A DNA stretch of 64,000 nt from an uncultured Verrucomicrobiota bacterium (GTDB lineage: Bacteria; Verrucomicrobiota; Kiritimatiellia; JAAZAB01). A program made the position numbers and the translations under genes. The notes under the pieces were generated by a model. It had not been told where the DNA came from. It saw nothing but the letters and a program-made list of their open reading frames with translations, and searched no databases. Where the stretch lies: NCBI GenBank assembly GCA_964617825.1, contig CAZTWL010000009.1, forward strand, positions 11,011-75,010, in the 5' to 3' direction. Below, one piece after another: positions 18,799 to 28,960 of this stretch. Within the stretch, counting starts at the first letter, position 1. Each line of letters starts with the position of its first letter.

Positions 18799-18889
18799 AG
18801 CCGTTCCTGGTTCATCGTCCTTTATTCTTCGTTAAAGAACAACCGCCCCTTTGCATCGCTTATCGGTCATTTGCCGCCGGCGCCCGCCG

Positions 18890-20018
18890 TCAGGTATGGT
18901 TTGCGGGCTTGCTGCGCCTGAATTTCAAATAGGCTTCGATGAATTTATCCAGATCGCCTTCCAGCACGCCCATGACATTGCCGACTTCCACATCCGTGCG
19001 ATGATCCTTGGCCATGGTATAAGGCTGAAGCACATAGGACCGGATCTGGCGGCCCCAGGCGATTTCGCCCTTCTCGCCGTAGAACTTTTCCATTTCCTGC
19101 CGTTTTTCGTCCTGCATCATTTCATACACCCGCGCGCGCAGGAGTTTCATGGCCTTATTGCGATTGGCGTGCTGCGATCGCTCCGATTGACAGGAAACCA
19201 CGATGCCCGTCGCCAGATGCGTCAGGCGAATGGCCGAATCGGTCTTATTGACATGTTGCCCGCCGGCGCCGCCGGCGCGATAGGTATCCACCCGCAGATC
19301 GGCCTCCGTAATTTCAACCTCAACGTCATCATCCAATTCCGCTACGACATCCAGCGAGGCAAACGAGGTATGCCGCCGTTTATTGGAATCGAAAGGACTG
19401 ATGCGCACCAGGCGGTGGACGCCGCGCTCGGCCGAAAGATAGCCATAGGCATATTCGCCCTCGACCAGCAGCGTCGCGCTCTTCACGCCCGCCTCCTCGC
19501 CGGCGAGCATGTCCAATACCGTCACCTGGAATCCGTGCTTTTCACAATAGCGCCGGTACATGCGCATAAGCATGCCAGCCCAGTCGCAAGCCTCCGTGCC
19601 GCCCGCGCCGGCGTGCAGGTTGATGTAGGCATTATGCCGGTCAAGTTTGCCGTTAAAAAGCGCTTCGATTTCAAGCTTGCGGAAGGCCGCCTCGAATTGC
19701 TCGATTTCAGCGGTAATCTCAACCAGCGCTTGGGCGCGATGCGCGGGATCGGCTTCGGTCTCAGCCAGTTCCACCAGGATACGGACATCGTCCACCCGGC
19801 TGGAAACAGCCTTGAAAGGATTCAGCACGGCACGCAGGGCATTGGCCTGGTCAATCACCGCTTTGGCGGCATTCTGGTCGTTCCAAAAGTCGGGCGCCGC
19901 CATTTTCACTTCGAGTGCGGCCAGCGCGGTTTCACGGTTGGCGACGTCAAAGATAACCCCGCATCTCAGCGAGGCGGGCAACCATGGGCGCAATTTTATC
20001 TTTAAGATCCTCGAGCAT
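18890..20018 (-). CDS. prfB: peptide chain release factor 2, produced by a programmed +1 frameshift
   Basis: ATG 20018 opens a short frame, MLEDLKDKIAPMVARLAEMRGYL, that stops at 19949..19947 inside CTT TGA C. A +1 shift continues into the long frame, which carries the SPF tripeptide and GGQ motifs. Confidence 0.85.
19946..19952 (-). other. RF2 autoregulatory +1 frameshift site CUU UGA C with an upstream SD-like CGGGGU
   Basis: Minus-strand sequence ...ATGCGGGGTTATCTTTGACG... It matches the E. coli prfB site AGGGGGUAUCUUUGAC. Confidence 0.8.
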
Positions 20019-20194
20019 AGTGCTTCCTTTCGGCATTGAATGGCGCCAGAATGCCTAAAAAAGGCATTGAACGCAAGCGGGAATCCGGCAACGGCGGCAA
20101 ACTTTGACCGGTGTTCTAACCATTGAATAACAGGGAATACACTCAGCCAACGCATCCTTGCCCCGCGTTGCGCGTGACCAGGCCATCGTTCGGC

Positions 20195-20944
20195 TTAAGG
20201 CGACGACCGGCTTGGCACCGGCTCGATCGAAAAATCATAAAATTTATTCAAGCCCTCGCACCCGGTAATTCCGACATAGCAGGACTCCGGCAAGGCGTCG
20301 TCACGATAGCCAAGGATATGGCCATCCACGCTGACTTGAAGGTCTTTGCCTTTTTTGGTTACTTCCAGCCTGTAGGGCACACCGGGCTTCAATGGAAATC
20401 GCCCGTAAGCTGCCAGGTTCCAGACCGGCTTTCCGCGGGCATCCAAGGCATGCCGCCAAACATTGACGCCCTCGTCAAAGATGACAACTTCAAAGTGCTC
20501 GCGATATTCGTGACGACCATCCGCGCAGCGCCCCAGCGTTGGGGCCAAAACGATCAGGGGCGCCATGCGATGCTCAAACTCCATGGTGGCGCGAACCGTA
20601 AATGAGGCGCCAACCACCCGGTCATAGACCATGCTGGAGTAGGTTTCGGGTGCAAGTTTTCCCAGCAGCTGCTCAGCGGGCACATTGGAGGGAATCTGAT
20701 TTTGAATATAATCCGCTTTCTGATCCCAGCCACCGCCATGGTCCCAGCGCGGACTTTTAACCATAATCCACTCGCTGGTTTTCCAGGCCCCCGCCGCAAA
20801 CCGGCAGCTGACCGCTTCCGCCCGGTTGCTCACCGGAACCTGTCCGTATCCGCTCAATCCATCGCATGCCAGCAACGCCGTAACCGTCATCTGAAATACT
20901 CCCTTTGGCAAACACCGCAGCACCTTAATGGTTGTGGTTGGCAT
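20195..20944 (-). CDS. hypothetical protein, probably a beta-sandwich (concanavalin-like) domain; family unresolved
   Basis: 249 aa. It starts 8 nt downstream of the gene at 20952. No diagnostic motif was recognised. Confidence 0.45.
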   Translation of the reverse strand: MPTTTIKVLRCLPKGVFQMTVTALLACDGLSGYGQVPVSNRAEAVSCRFAAGAWKTSEWIMVKSPRWDHGGGWDQKADYIQNQIPSNVPAEQLLGKLAPETYSSMVYDRVVGASFTVRATMEFEHRMAPLIVLAPTLGRCADGRHEYREHFEVVIFDEGVNVWRHALDARGKPVWNLAAYGRFPLKPGVPYRLEVTKKGKDLQVSVDGHILGYRDDALPESCYVGITGCEGLNKFYDFSIEPVPSRSSP

Positions 20945-20951
20945 ATAAACG

Positions 20952-23396
20952 TCAATCCTTCAAACTAATGTTGAACGGAAGCAACGACCAATCCGAATCG
21001 ATCTCCAGATTGTATTCGATGGCATATTGACGCGCGTCACGGCCTGGGACGGGCGACAATTCCGCGCACAAGAAGTTATAGAACTCGTATTTCACCTGCC
21101 GCTTGGTCGCCAGGCACAACGGCACATGGCCAGTACGCTTACGGCGCACAAGCTTGTGGAGGGGAATCCAGGGCGTCCAGGTTCCCGGCACAATATAATC
21201 CTTTTTGGCCGGCGCGGCCTTGAGCAGCCCCTGCCGTCCGAGATACCCCAGAACAACTGGCTTGCCTCTGGCCGGGCGTTCCTGCAGCTGGATCGTGTTA
21301 TCGAAGAGATCCCACCAGATCGATTCCTCGTAATTGTTGGGAAAGTTTGGAATGATAGCCCGCATGTAGCAGGTATCCCAAACCGGCGGCTGGAAACGCC
21401 GCCGACGGATCGCTTCAATCCGCGCCGCATATTCTTTTTCATCCGCAGGGAAGGAGGCATAGGGACGTGCAAAAAATGCCAGCCGCTTTTGCCATTCCGC
21501 CGCCTGGTTGACAAACAGCCAGCCCGCCAGACCATAGCCTTCCATTTCGCGCGCCAACGGCGCCGTGGAAGGCACGGCAGCGAATGTATTGCGCTCGTAA
21601 TTGCTGTCGAGCGCATAGGCGCGGCGGCCGGGGCGGATTTGCAGCCGGTCCCAATCCACCGCCAGGCTGACCCGCCGTTTTGTCGCGGCATAATTTGCCG
21701 CGATCAACAGGACATTGTTATCCCGATCCGCCATCAGACAGGCGCCAGTTTTGTCGGAATCGGTTTTGAAAATCCGCTCGCTGCCCTGGGAGGAATGGAC
21801 GCGGATATCCCGCTTGCCGTCCAGCAGTTCCCACAACCGCCACAAGGGCCGTTGAAACGTGATGGTTGCAGGCATATTGGGATGCGCCAGCGAACTGGAC
21901 GGGAACTGCGTACCCAGGATCACAAACGGGCTCTGCGCGGTGCTCGCCAGGTAAGGCAGCGCGGCCTTGGTCCGATAAGACGGGAACGCCGCCGTCCACA
22001 GGTAGGAGGGCGCAACGGACAATCCGCTGAAATAGGCATGCAGCCTCTTGTCCCGAATCATCTGCCCCTTCTCCTGTTCGCCGGCCAAGTAACCATCGAC
22101 GGTAGTGTGCCCCACTGCAGAGAAGAACGAACCCGAATGACTTATGTGCACGCCGTCCGGCCCCAACTGCTCGCGCAGACGGCGCGACTGGTAATAATAA
22201 TCGCGGAACTGGATCCGGCCCCCGGGAGCCATTTCATCGGCCGTCTGGATGCAATACGGCGTTCCGAAATCCATATACAAGCCATCCCAATTCTTACGCA
22301 ACAGCGGCAGAATCGAACCGGCCAGGTCTTCCTTTACGCCGTCTTCATTGCCGCGGACATAGAAAGCCGCCCGCATCCCATGCCGGTGAATCGAGGCCAA
22401 CACTTTATTGAATACCGAACGGTCGTAAATAAATTCGCTGTTCTTGGCGTCCAGCCGCCAGTTTTCATGCAGCATGAAAAGGTTGGCGCCCTCGGCGGTC
22501 GCCTGGCGAATTATTTTTTCAGTGGGATACCTGTCAAAATTGTCCAGATAGTGAAAGATCCTGAAGGGCGTATGCCGGCGTTCCACCGGAAAACGGCGCA
22601 AGGCCCAGCCCCAGATGTTGCCCCAATAGTAGGCGCGTCCCGGTTTGGCCCGGGGACTTTTCTGGAAATTCCAGCACAGATTGGCGCGTGTGCCCTTCCA
22701 GGAAACCACCGTCTCGGTATTGTGAAAATCGGCGGTCAGGGAATTGAACGATTCCACGAAATATTCCAAATGCCGGTCGCGCCGCTCCTCCCGCCCGAAA
22801 TCGAAGCTCACGAACGGCAAAATTCGCCCGGCAAAACGCCGTTCGCCGCGGGCCGCCAGATTGCGCTCGTAACCTCCCAGCGACTGGATTAAATCGGCAG
22901 TATTGGTTTTGGGACAATCCCAGTAGGCCCAGTCGGCCGATTGCTGCCCGTCCAGCGCCAGGGAGGGTTCGAGGACAAAGTCGCGGATCACGCCCGGATG
23001 CAGGTTCTCCGTAAAGAAAAACGTTTTCACAAACACGACGCCGTCCGCATAGATCTCGTAATGCAGTGCCAAGCGATATCCCTCCAGGATTTTTCCGGCA
23101 TCATCGCACCAGGAGATGTTGTCGAAGACCACGCGCACGGAATCGCGCGCACGAATCAGGGCGGGCTTGAAATCCTTCAAGGGGGCCGGGTGGATCCGGC
23201 GCTTGCCGCCCAAGGTCGCTCCGAGCCAGGGCGCCTGCCGGTCGCACAACGGATGGGCCTCCCCCTGGAACCCGATCCGGCTGGGAAATCCCGCCGCAGC
23301 GCGCGTAAGGCGATAGGCAAACAGTTCATTGGAGATATCCAGGACGCCCGCAGCCTTGTCGAGATTAACGTTGATCATAGCCATAATCCTTTCCAA
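20952..23396 (-). CDS. large uncharacterised putative glycoside-hydrolase-like TIM-barrel protein; paralogous core with the gene at 31354..32715
   Basis: Shared blocks include ANLFMLHENWRLD / VQLIQLHEEWNDA and NWDGLYMDFGTPY / GFDGIYNDWGYDG. Confidence 0.6.
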   Translation of the reverse strand: MERIMAMINVNLDKAAGVLDISNELFAYRLTRAAAGFPSRIGFQGEAHPLCDRQAPWLGATLGGKRRIHPAPLKDFKPALIRARDSVRVVFDNISWCDDAGKILEGYRLALHYEIYADGVVFVKTFFFTENLHPGVIRDFVLEPSLALDGQQSADWAYWDCPKTNTADLIQSLGGYERNLAARGERRFAGRILPFVSFDFGREERRDRHLEYFVESFNSLTADFHNTETVVSWKGTRANLCWNFQKSPRAKPGRAYYWGNIWGWALRRFPVERRHTPFRIFHYLDNFDRYPTEKIIRQATAEGANLFMLHENWRLDAKNSEFIYDRSVFNKVLASIHRHGMRAAFYVRGNEDGVKEDLAGSILPLLRKNWDGLYMDFGTPYCIQTADEMAPGGRIQFRDYYYQSRRLREQLGPDGVHISHSGSFFSAVGHTTVDGYLAGEQEKGQMIRDKRLHAYFSGLSVAPSYLWTAAFPSYRTKAALPYLASTAQSPFVILGTQFPSSSLAHPNMPATITFQRPLWRLWELLDGKRDIRVHSSQGSERIFKTDSDKTGACLMADRDNNVLLIAANYAATKRRVSLAVDWDRLQIRPGRRAYALDSNYERNTFAAVPSTAPLAREMEGYGLAGWLFVNQAAEWQKRLAFFARPYASFPADEKEYAARIEAIRRRRFQPPVWDTCYMRAIIPNFPNNYEESIWWDLFDNTIQLQERPARGKPVVLGYLGRQGLLKAAPAKKDYIVPGTWTPWIPLHKLVRRKRTGHVPLCLATKRQVKYEFYNFLCAELSPVPGRDARQYAIEYNLEIDSDWSLLPFNISLKD

Positions 23397-23659
23397 TCCG
23401 GTTCACTCACGATCAGGGAAGGCAATTCGACCGCCTCGATTTACGCCGATCAGCCCTGCAAATGGCCCTGACGATAACGCTGACCAACGGCCGTTGCAAG
23501 CTGGAATTGGCCCTGCCAAGTTTCGCCACACGCTCTGCGCATGACGCCATGAAGGGCTTTGTGACCCCAGCGTTTATATTGAGCATTTGGCGCCGATTTA
23601 CTACGACTGGCTGAATCATTAAACGGGATCATGTTCCCGTTTGCAAAAGGCTACGATTT

Positions 23660-24064
23660 ATGATTCCCGCTTCCATCCTGGACATTTCCCATTCCGCTAT
23701 CTTTTTCAAGCTCAAGGATTTTTCCGGAGGCCATTTTAAACAGGCAGGACTTAATGCGGCGGGCTTCATCAAACTGAAAACGGCCAGAGGCATGCTTTCC
23801 GGCTTGGAACGGCGGCATCGGATCCAGCCCGGAAAGCACAAGATTATCGAATCCTCCTCCGGGAATCTCGGGATTGCGTTCAGCCTCGTCTGCAAGGTCC
23901 AGGGCTATGGCTTATCCTGCATCATGGATCCGAACGCCGCGCCACTTAGCGTCAAGTTCATCGATCTCCATGGCGGACGCGCTATCCAGGCCACCGCGAA
24001 AGACGAGCATGACGGTTATTTGAATGCGCGCATCCGTAAAAATTCAGGAACTACTGGATCGTGA
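23660..24064 (+). pseudogene. truncated SbnA / cysteine-synthase-family (fold II PLP) fragment
   Basis: IIESSSGNLGIAFSLVCKVQGYGLSCIMDPNAAPLSVKFI...DEHDGYLNARI aligns to the central part of SbnA-type enzymes. The PLP-lysine region appears deleted, and only 134 aa remain of an expected ~320. Confidence 0.4.
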
Positions 24065-24207
24065 CAAGGACTGCGTCTAGACCAACAAACACGCAAATCC
24101 TGACAACGCCACCGCCCACGAGTCGGCCACTGCCCCGGAAATTTTAAAGCCTTGCCCGGAAGATACGTCAGCTTCCAGCGGTATTGGAGCGCAGGCTTGA
24201 TGTCGAA

Positions 24208-25047
24208 TTAAAGCCACTTTTTAAGAGCAGAGAAATCACGCGCGGCGGTGGCCAGCGGCTCGCCCATCGCGCCACATTCGATGGAAAGCCAGCGCCGATA
24301 GCCGCTCGCGAGGATCTTTTGCAGCAGCGCCTGATTTGGAATCACCCCTTCCGCGATCGGGCAGCCTATATATCCGGCGATGACTCCGCTGTCTCCCGGC
24401 TGGCGATCGGCCTCGCGGCGCCAGGATTTGAAATGCACATGGTTGATCAGCGAAAGGAATTTAGGGAGATTAACCGCCGTATCCTCACCGGAAAATATGA
24501 AGTTGCCGGTATCGTAAGTAAACTTGACGACGCCTTTGCCGGCCTTGTTCAAGACCTCCAGGCAATCGACAGCCCGACACTGGATAGCAGGATCCATGCC
24601 GAAATCTTCGATCATCAGGGTTACCCCGGCCTGGCGGGCATATTCAAGCTGTGAAGCGATGCCATCCGCAATCATTCGGCGCGCTTCGGCGGCCGTAATC
24701 CCGGGTTTGCTGCTCGATCCAACCACCATGCCCTGATCGCAGCCGTATTCGCGCGCCAGATCGATTCCGGCACGGATCAGGTCCATTGATTTTTTGCGCT
24801 CGCCGGCATCCTTGCTCACCAGGTCGCAGATGATATCCAGGCAGGCCAGCTTCATACCGGCCGCCTTGATCGCCTGGCGATAGCGCCCCTCGGACTGGTG
24901 GTCTCTCGCCAGGTCGGCCTGAAAGATCTCCACCCCGTCATAACCGATTTTCCTTAACCCTTCGATAAGTTTGTCGATAGCGATCCGTCCGCTGTTCAAA
25001 TCGGAATTGAAAACAAACGTCATAATACTGATCGGGTTCTTTTTCAT
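24208..25047 (-). CDS. sugar phosphate isomerase/epimerase (xylose-isomerase-like TIM barrel)
   Basis: 279 aa. It carries the typical AP-endonuclease-2 / xylose-isomerase-like TIM motifs (GYDGVEI...; E and H metal ligands). Confidence 0.75.
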   Translation of the reverse strand: MKKNPISIMTFVFNSDLNSGRIAIDKLIEGLRKIGYDGVEIFQADLARDHQSEGRYRQAIKAAGMKLACLDIICDLVSKDAGERKKSMDLIRAGIDLAREYGCDQGMVVGSSSKPGITAAEARRMIADGIASQLEYARQAGVTLMIEDFGMDPAIQCRAVDCLEVLNKAGKGVVKFTYDTGNFIFSGEDTAVNLPKFLSLINHVHFKSWRREADRQPGDSGVIAGYIGCPIAEGVIPNQALLQKILASGYRRWLSIECGAMGEPLATAARDFSALKKWL

Positions 25048-25312
25048 CTTATCCTTTTATAAAAAACATTGAATCCGTCCCAAACATTGCTGCACGCCAA
25101 CGGGCGCCGCATTGACCGCTTCGCTCCAGGGCATTGCACGGGCAAAGTAATATCACGTTCCATGGGCATATGCAACCACCCACCTGGCTGCGTCCTGCTA
25201 ACGCCAGAAATCGATCTTATCGCCCCTGCCATTGACGATGCTTCGCCGGTTCATGGACAGCAAATCGACTTGCCATCCAGCATGCTTTAAAGATATCATT
25301 CTAACAATGTTT

Positions 25313-25327
25313 AGCGCATGGTGCGCT
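25313..25327 (+). promoter_or_regulatory. perfect 6-3-6 palindrome AGCGCA-TGG-TGCGCT, 15 nt upstream of the rubrerythrin ribosome-binding site; candidate operator
   Basis: The inverted repeat was seen directly. It is extended by flanking TT/AA, and an AAGGAGG Shine-Dalgarno follows at 25339. Confidence 0.3.
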
Positions 25328-25349
25328 GAATAAAACACAAGGAGGTCGT

Positions 25350-25979
25350 ATGACCAAGCAAGGATTGGCAACTGTTTCGGGAGTCGTTGCCGCATTCTGC
25401 CTCGGATGCGTGGGCGCACTGAATGCAGCGGAAGCTTCAGGCACGACCACACTGGAGAACCTGCAGACCGCCTATAACGGCGAATCGAACGCAAAAGCCC
25501 GTTACGAGGCCTTTGCCAACAAGGCCGATGAAGAAGGCTATAAATCCGTGGCTGCCCTATTCCGGGCCACAGCCAATGCGGAAAACCTTCACGCCGCCAA
25601 GCACGCCGCAGCCATCCAAAAGCTGGGCGCCACCCCCAAGGCAACGATTGAAAAAGCGGACGTAAAATCCACCAAAGAAAACGTGGAAGCCGCCGCCAAG
25701 GGCGAGGCTGCCGAGAGCTCCGTGATGTATCCGGCATTCATCAAGCAGGCGGAAGCCGACAAAAATGATGGCGCAGTCATGTCATTCAAAGGCGCCAAAG
25801 CTTCGGAAGAATCGCACGTCGCCTTGTTCAACAAGGCGCTCAGCGAACTGGACTCCTGGAAGGCCGCCGGCAAGGTGTTCTTCGTCTGCCAGGTTTGCGG
25901 CTATACTACAATGAACACCGCGCCTCAGAAGTGCCCAATCTGCGCCGCGCCCCGCTCGAAGTTCGAAGAAATTAAATAA
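25350..25979 (+). CDS. rubrerythrin with an N-terminal signal peptide / lipobox-like segment (envelope-localised)
   Basis: It has ferritin-like di-iron E..H motifs and a C-terminal rubredoxin-like CQVCGY...CPIC. The N-terminal hydrophobic stretch ends in LGC. Confidence 0.85.
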   Translation: MTKQGLATVSGVVAAFCLGCVGALNAAEASGTTTLENLQTAYNGESNAKARYEAFANKADEEGYKSVAALFRATANAENLHAAKHAAAIQKLGATPKATIEKADVKSTKENVEAAAKGEAAESSVMYPAFIKQAEADKNDGAVMSFKGAKASEESHVALFNKALSELDSWKAAGKVFFVCQVCGYTTMNTAPQKCPICAAPRSKFEEIK

Positions 25980-26201
25980 ATCGCATCGAGCAAAAAAGCA
26001 GGCGCACAAGGCCTCGGTATTGAAAACGTTCCGTCCCGACTCTCGGTGGTCGGGGCGGGGCGGCATCAGCGCCGGATCCACGTCCTCAAGGTCGTGGCTG
26101 CAAAACATTAAATCTCCTTTCCATGCACTCAACGTTCTTCGGACGAAAGTTATAAACGCGCATTATGCTGAACGTCGCGAAGGTTCTTATTCCCGACCGG
26201 A

Positions 26202-27602
26202 ATGACCAACCAGGAGCTTTCTCGCGTCGCCCGGAATGATGTAAAAACTTTTTCGGCCTCTATGAAAACGGCACGCTGGTTTATTTTGCTCGCAAGCCAG
26301 GTTCTGATTATCCTCGGGTTCTGGTATTGGAATCATGCGCATCATCCGCTGGGCAATCGCCTGGTGGGTGATGCCGCGGGCCAATTGATGGCCTGGGGCC
26401 GCTTGGCGGGCCTGTTGGCGGCTTTTGGCATTCTGCTGCAGTTGATCCTGATCGGCCGGGTCAAGTGGGTCGAACGGACCTTCGGCCTTGATCGCCTCTC
26501 GCGGCTGCATCATAGCGTAGGGTTCGCGCTAATTATCTGCCTATCAGCCCATCCGATCCTGATTACCATGGGGCATGCCTCACAGGCGGAATCAAGGATC
26601 TGGGACCAAATCCGCGATTTCTGCCTTAACTGGGAAGGGGTGCTGGCTGCGGCCATTGCTCTGGCCATTATGATCGTGGCTCTCGGCTTTTCCGTGGCTG
26701 TCGTCTTGCGCCGCGTGCGCTATGAGGTTTGGTACGCAACGCACCTGACTTTTTATATTGCCATTGCCCTGGCCTTCGGTCACCAGATAAAGGTTGGCAG
26801 CGATTTTACCGACAATCGCTGGTTCGCCGCCTATTGGTGCGCGCTCTATGCCTTCACCTTTGGTAATTTACTCCTCTACCGATTCATCCTTCCATTGTGG
26901 AATTATTTCAGACATCGGTTCGTTGTCGTACGCATGCAAGACGAATCCGACGATGTGACCTCCGTGTATATCGAAGGACGCAACCTGGCGGCATTCCCGA
27001 TCGAGGCCGGCCAATTTATGATTGTGCGTTTCTGGACGCCGGGATTCCGCTGGGAAGAGCACCCCTTCTCGATGTCCTGCCGCCCTGACGGGAAACAAAT
27101 CCGGCTGACCATCAAGCGCCTTGGCGACTTTACTCGCCGGATCCCCGAATTAAAACCGGGGACGCCGGTGATTATCGACGGGCCCCACGGTATTTTCACT
27201 GCCCGCCGTTGCACCCTGCCCAAGGTCCTGCTGATTGCCGGAGGCATAGGCATCACGCCAATTCGCGCCCTGGCGGAGGAATTGATTGCCACGGACCACG
27301 ACATCCTCCTGATTTATGCCAATCGTAACCGGGCCGCCATGGTGTTTGGACCTGAATTGGCGGGCCTGGTCAGGTCCGCCGAAGGTCGCCTGCGGATCAT
27401 TCCGGTCATGAGCGCCGATAAGGAATGGTCAGGCGAACAGGGACACCTCGATCATAATCGGCTCGTGCGGCTGGTACCTGATGCTCACGAACGCGAGGTT
27501 TACCTTTGCGGTCCGCCGCCGATGATGAGTGCCCTGAAGGCGACGCTGCTCGAACTTGGCGTACGGCGCAGCCACCTACACTACGAACGCTTTGCCCTTT
27601 GA
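26202..27602 (+). CDS. ferric-reductase-domain transmembrane oxidoreductase (bacterial NOX/FRE-like: 6-TM haem domain plus FAD- and NAD(P)H-binding domains)
   Basis: Bis-His spacing is present in the TM helices. HPFS is the FAD motif. GGIGITP and CGPPPM are the NAD(P)H motifs. The start may alternatively be ATG 26262. Confidence 0.8.
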   Translation: MTNQELSRVARNDVKTFSASMKTARWFILLASQVLIILGFWYWNHAHHPLGNRLVGDAAGQLMAWGRLAGLLAAFGILLQLILIGRVKWVERTFGLDRLSRLHHSVGFALIICLSAHPILITMGHASQAESRIWDQIRDFCLNWEGVLAAAIALAIMIVALGFSVAVVLRRVRYEVWYATHLTFYIAIALAFGHQIKVGSDFTDNRWFAAYWCALYAFTFGNLLLYRFILPLWNYFRHRFVVVRMQDESDDVTSVYIEGRNLAAFPIEAGQFMIVRFWTPGFRWEEHPFSMSCRPDGKQIRLTIKRLGDFTRRIPELKPGTPVIIDGPHGIFTARRCTLPKVLLIAGGIGITPIRALAEELIATDHDILLIYANRNRAAMVFGPELAGLVRSAEGRLRIIPVMSADKEWSGEQGHLDHNRLVRLVPDAHEREVYLCGPPPMMSALKATLLELGVRRSHLHYERFAL

Positions 27603-27760
27603 GCCCGCAAAACGGCACAAGGCCATCCCGAACCCGGGCCATGCTGAGTGCCAAAAGCACAAAACAAGTTTTGTAAAGTCTTTGTCACGCACCCCTGACA
27701 TTCCCGTCCTATGGCATTCTACTCGACACATGCCCTGAAAATGATAGCATAAACGCCGTT

Positions 27761-28942
27761 ATGAGCACTTTTACTAACACAGATATATCCGCAGCGGCCC
27801 GGCAAAAACTGGCGCAGGCCCGGCGGATCGTGGTTAAAATCGGCAGTCGCATCCTGGTCCAGCGCTCCGGGCGTCCGGAAATGCGCCGGATTCGTTCCCT
27901 CGTCCGCGAATTAGCCCGCCTGCAACAGGAAGGCCGCGAAGTTGTCTTTGTAACTTCCGGAGCTATCGGCGCCGGAATGGAAGCGCTCGGCATGAAGCAG
28001 CGCCCGACAATTTTGCCCGATTTGCAGATGGCGGCGGCCGTCGGCCAAAGCCGTTTGATGACGCGCTACGACAAGCTCTTTTCCAGGGAACGCTGCAAGA
28101 TCGGTCAGGTATTGCTGACCCATGACGATCTCAACCACCGTTCCCGGCACCTGAACGCGCGCAACACGATGCTGACCATGTTGCGCGCCGGCGTCATTCC
28201 GGTGGTCAACGAAAACGACGTCGTGGCCGTGGATGAAATCAAGTTCGGCGACAACGATCTGCTGGCCTCGCTGGTGGTCCACCTGATCGATGCCGATCTG
28301 CTGATTATCCTGACCACCACCGACGGCCTGCGCGAGCCGGCGACATCCGGACATTCGCGGCGCGTGGCTTTCCTGGCAACCATTACGCCCGAGGTGCGGG
28401 CACTGGCCTCGGGCAAAGGCAGCGCTCTGTCCACGGGCGGCATGGCCAGCAAGCTGGATTCGGCCCACGCCGTGGCCAAAACCGGCGCGGCCGTCGTGAT
28501 CGCCGACGGACGCCAGAGCGGTATCATTGGGAAAATTCTGGCCGGGGCCGACACTGGAACCCTGATCCAGCCCGCGGCCGACCAGGATGCCGCCCTGCTC
28601 ACCGGACGCAAACGCTGGATCGCTTTTTTCCACAAACCCCAGGGAACGCTGTTTATCGATGACGGCGCGCGGCGGGCCATCGAACGGGACGGCAAAAGCC
28701 TTCTGCCAATAGGCATCAAGAAGGTGGCTGGCGAGTTCGGAAGCGGCGCCGCCGTGGACATCAGGATTGCGGATCAAACTCTGGTTGCACGCGGATTGGT
28801 TTCCTATTCCAGCCATGACATCCGCTTAATCCAGGGACACCGGACGGATGCCATCGCCGGAATACTGGGCACGGCGGATTACGAGGAAGTCATTCACCGG
28901 GACAACATGGCCATCATGAACGCCCCAGGCGCAAAACGCTGA
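27761..28942 (+). CDS. proB: glutamate 5-kinase with a PUA domain
   Basis: VVFVTSGAIGAG and VVNENDVVAVDE motifs. A C-terminal PUA domain is present. Confidence 0.9.
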   Translation: MSTFTNTDISAAARQKLAQARRIVVKIGSRILVQRSGRPEMRRIRSLVRELARLQQEGREVVFVTSGAIGAGMEALGMKQRPTILPDLQMAAAVGQSRLMTRYDKLFSRERCKIGQVLLTHDDLNHRSRHLNARNTMLTMLRAGVIPVVNENDVVAVDEIKFGDNDLLASLVVHLIDADLLIILTTTDGLREPATSGHSRRVAFLATITPEVRALASGKGSALSTGGMASKLDSAHAVAKTGAAVVIADGRQSGIIGKILAGADTGTLIQPAADQDAALLTGRKRWIAFFHKPQGTLFIDDGARRAIERDGKSLLPIGIKKVAGEFGSGAAVDIRIADQTLVARGLVSYSSHDIRLIQGHRTDAIAGILGTADYEEVIHRDNMAIMNAPGAKR

Positions 28943-28960
28943 CCGCAGGAGCAGGAGGAC

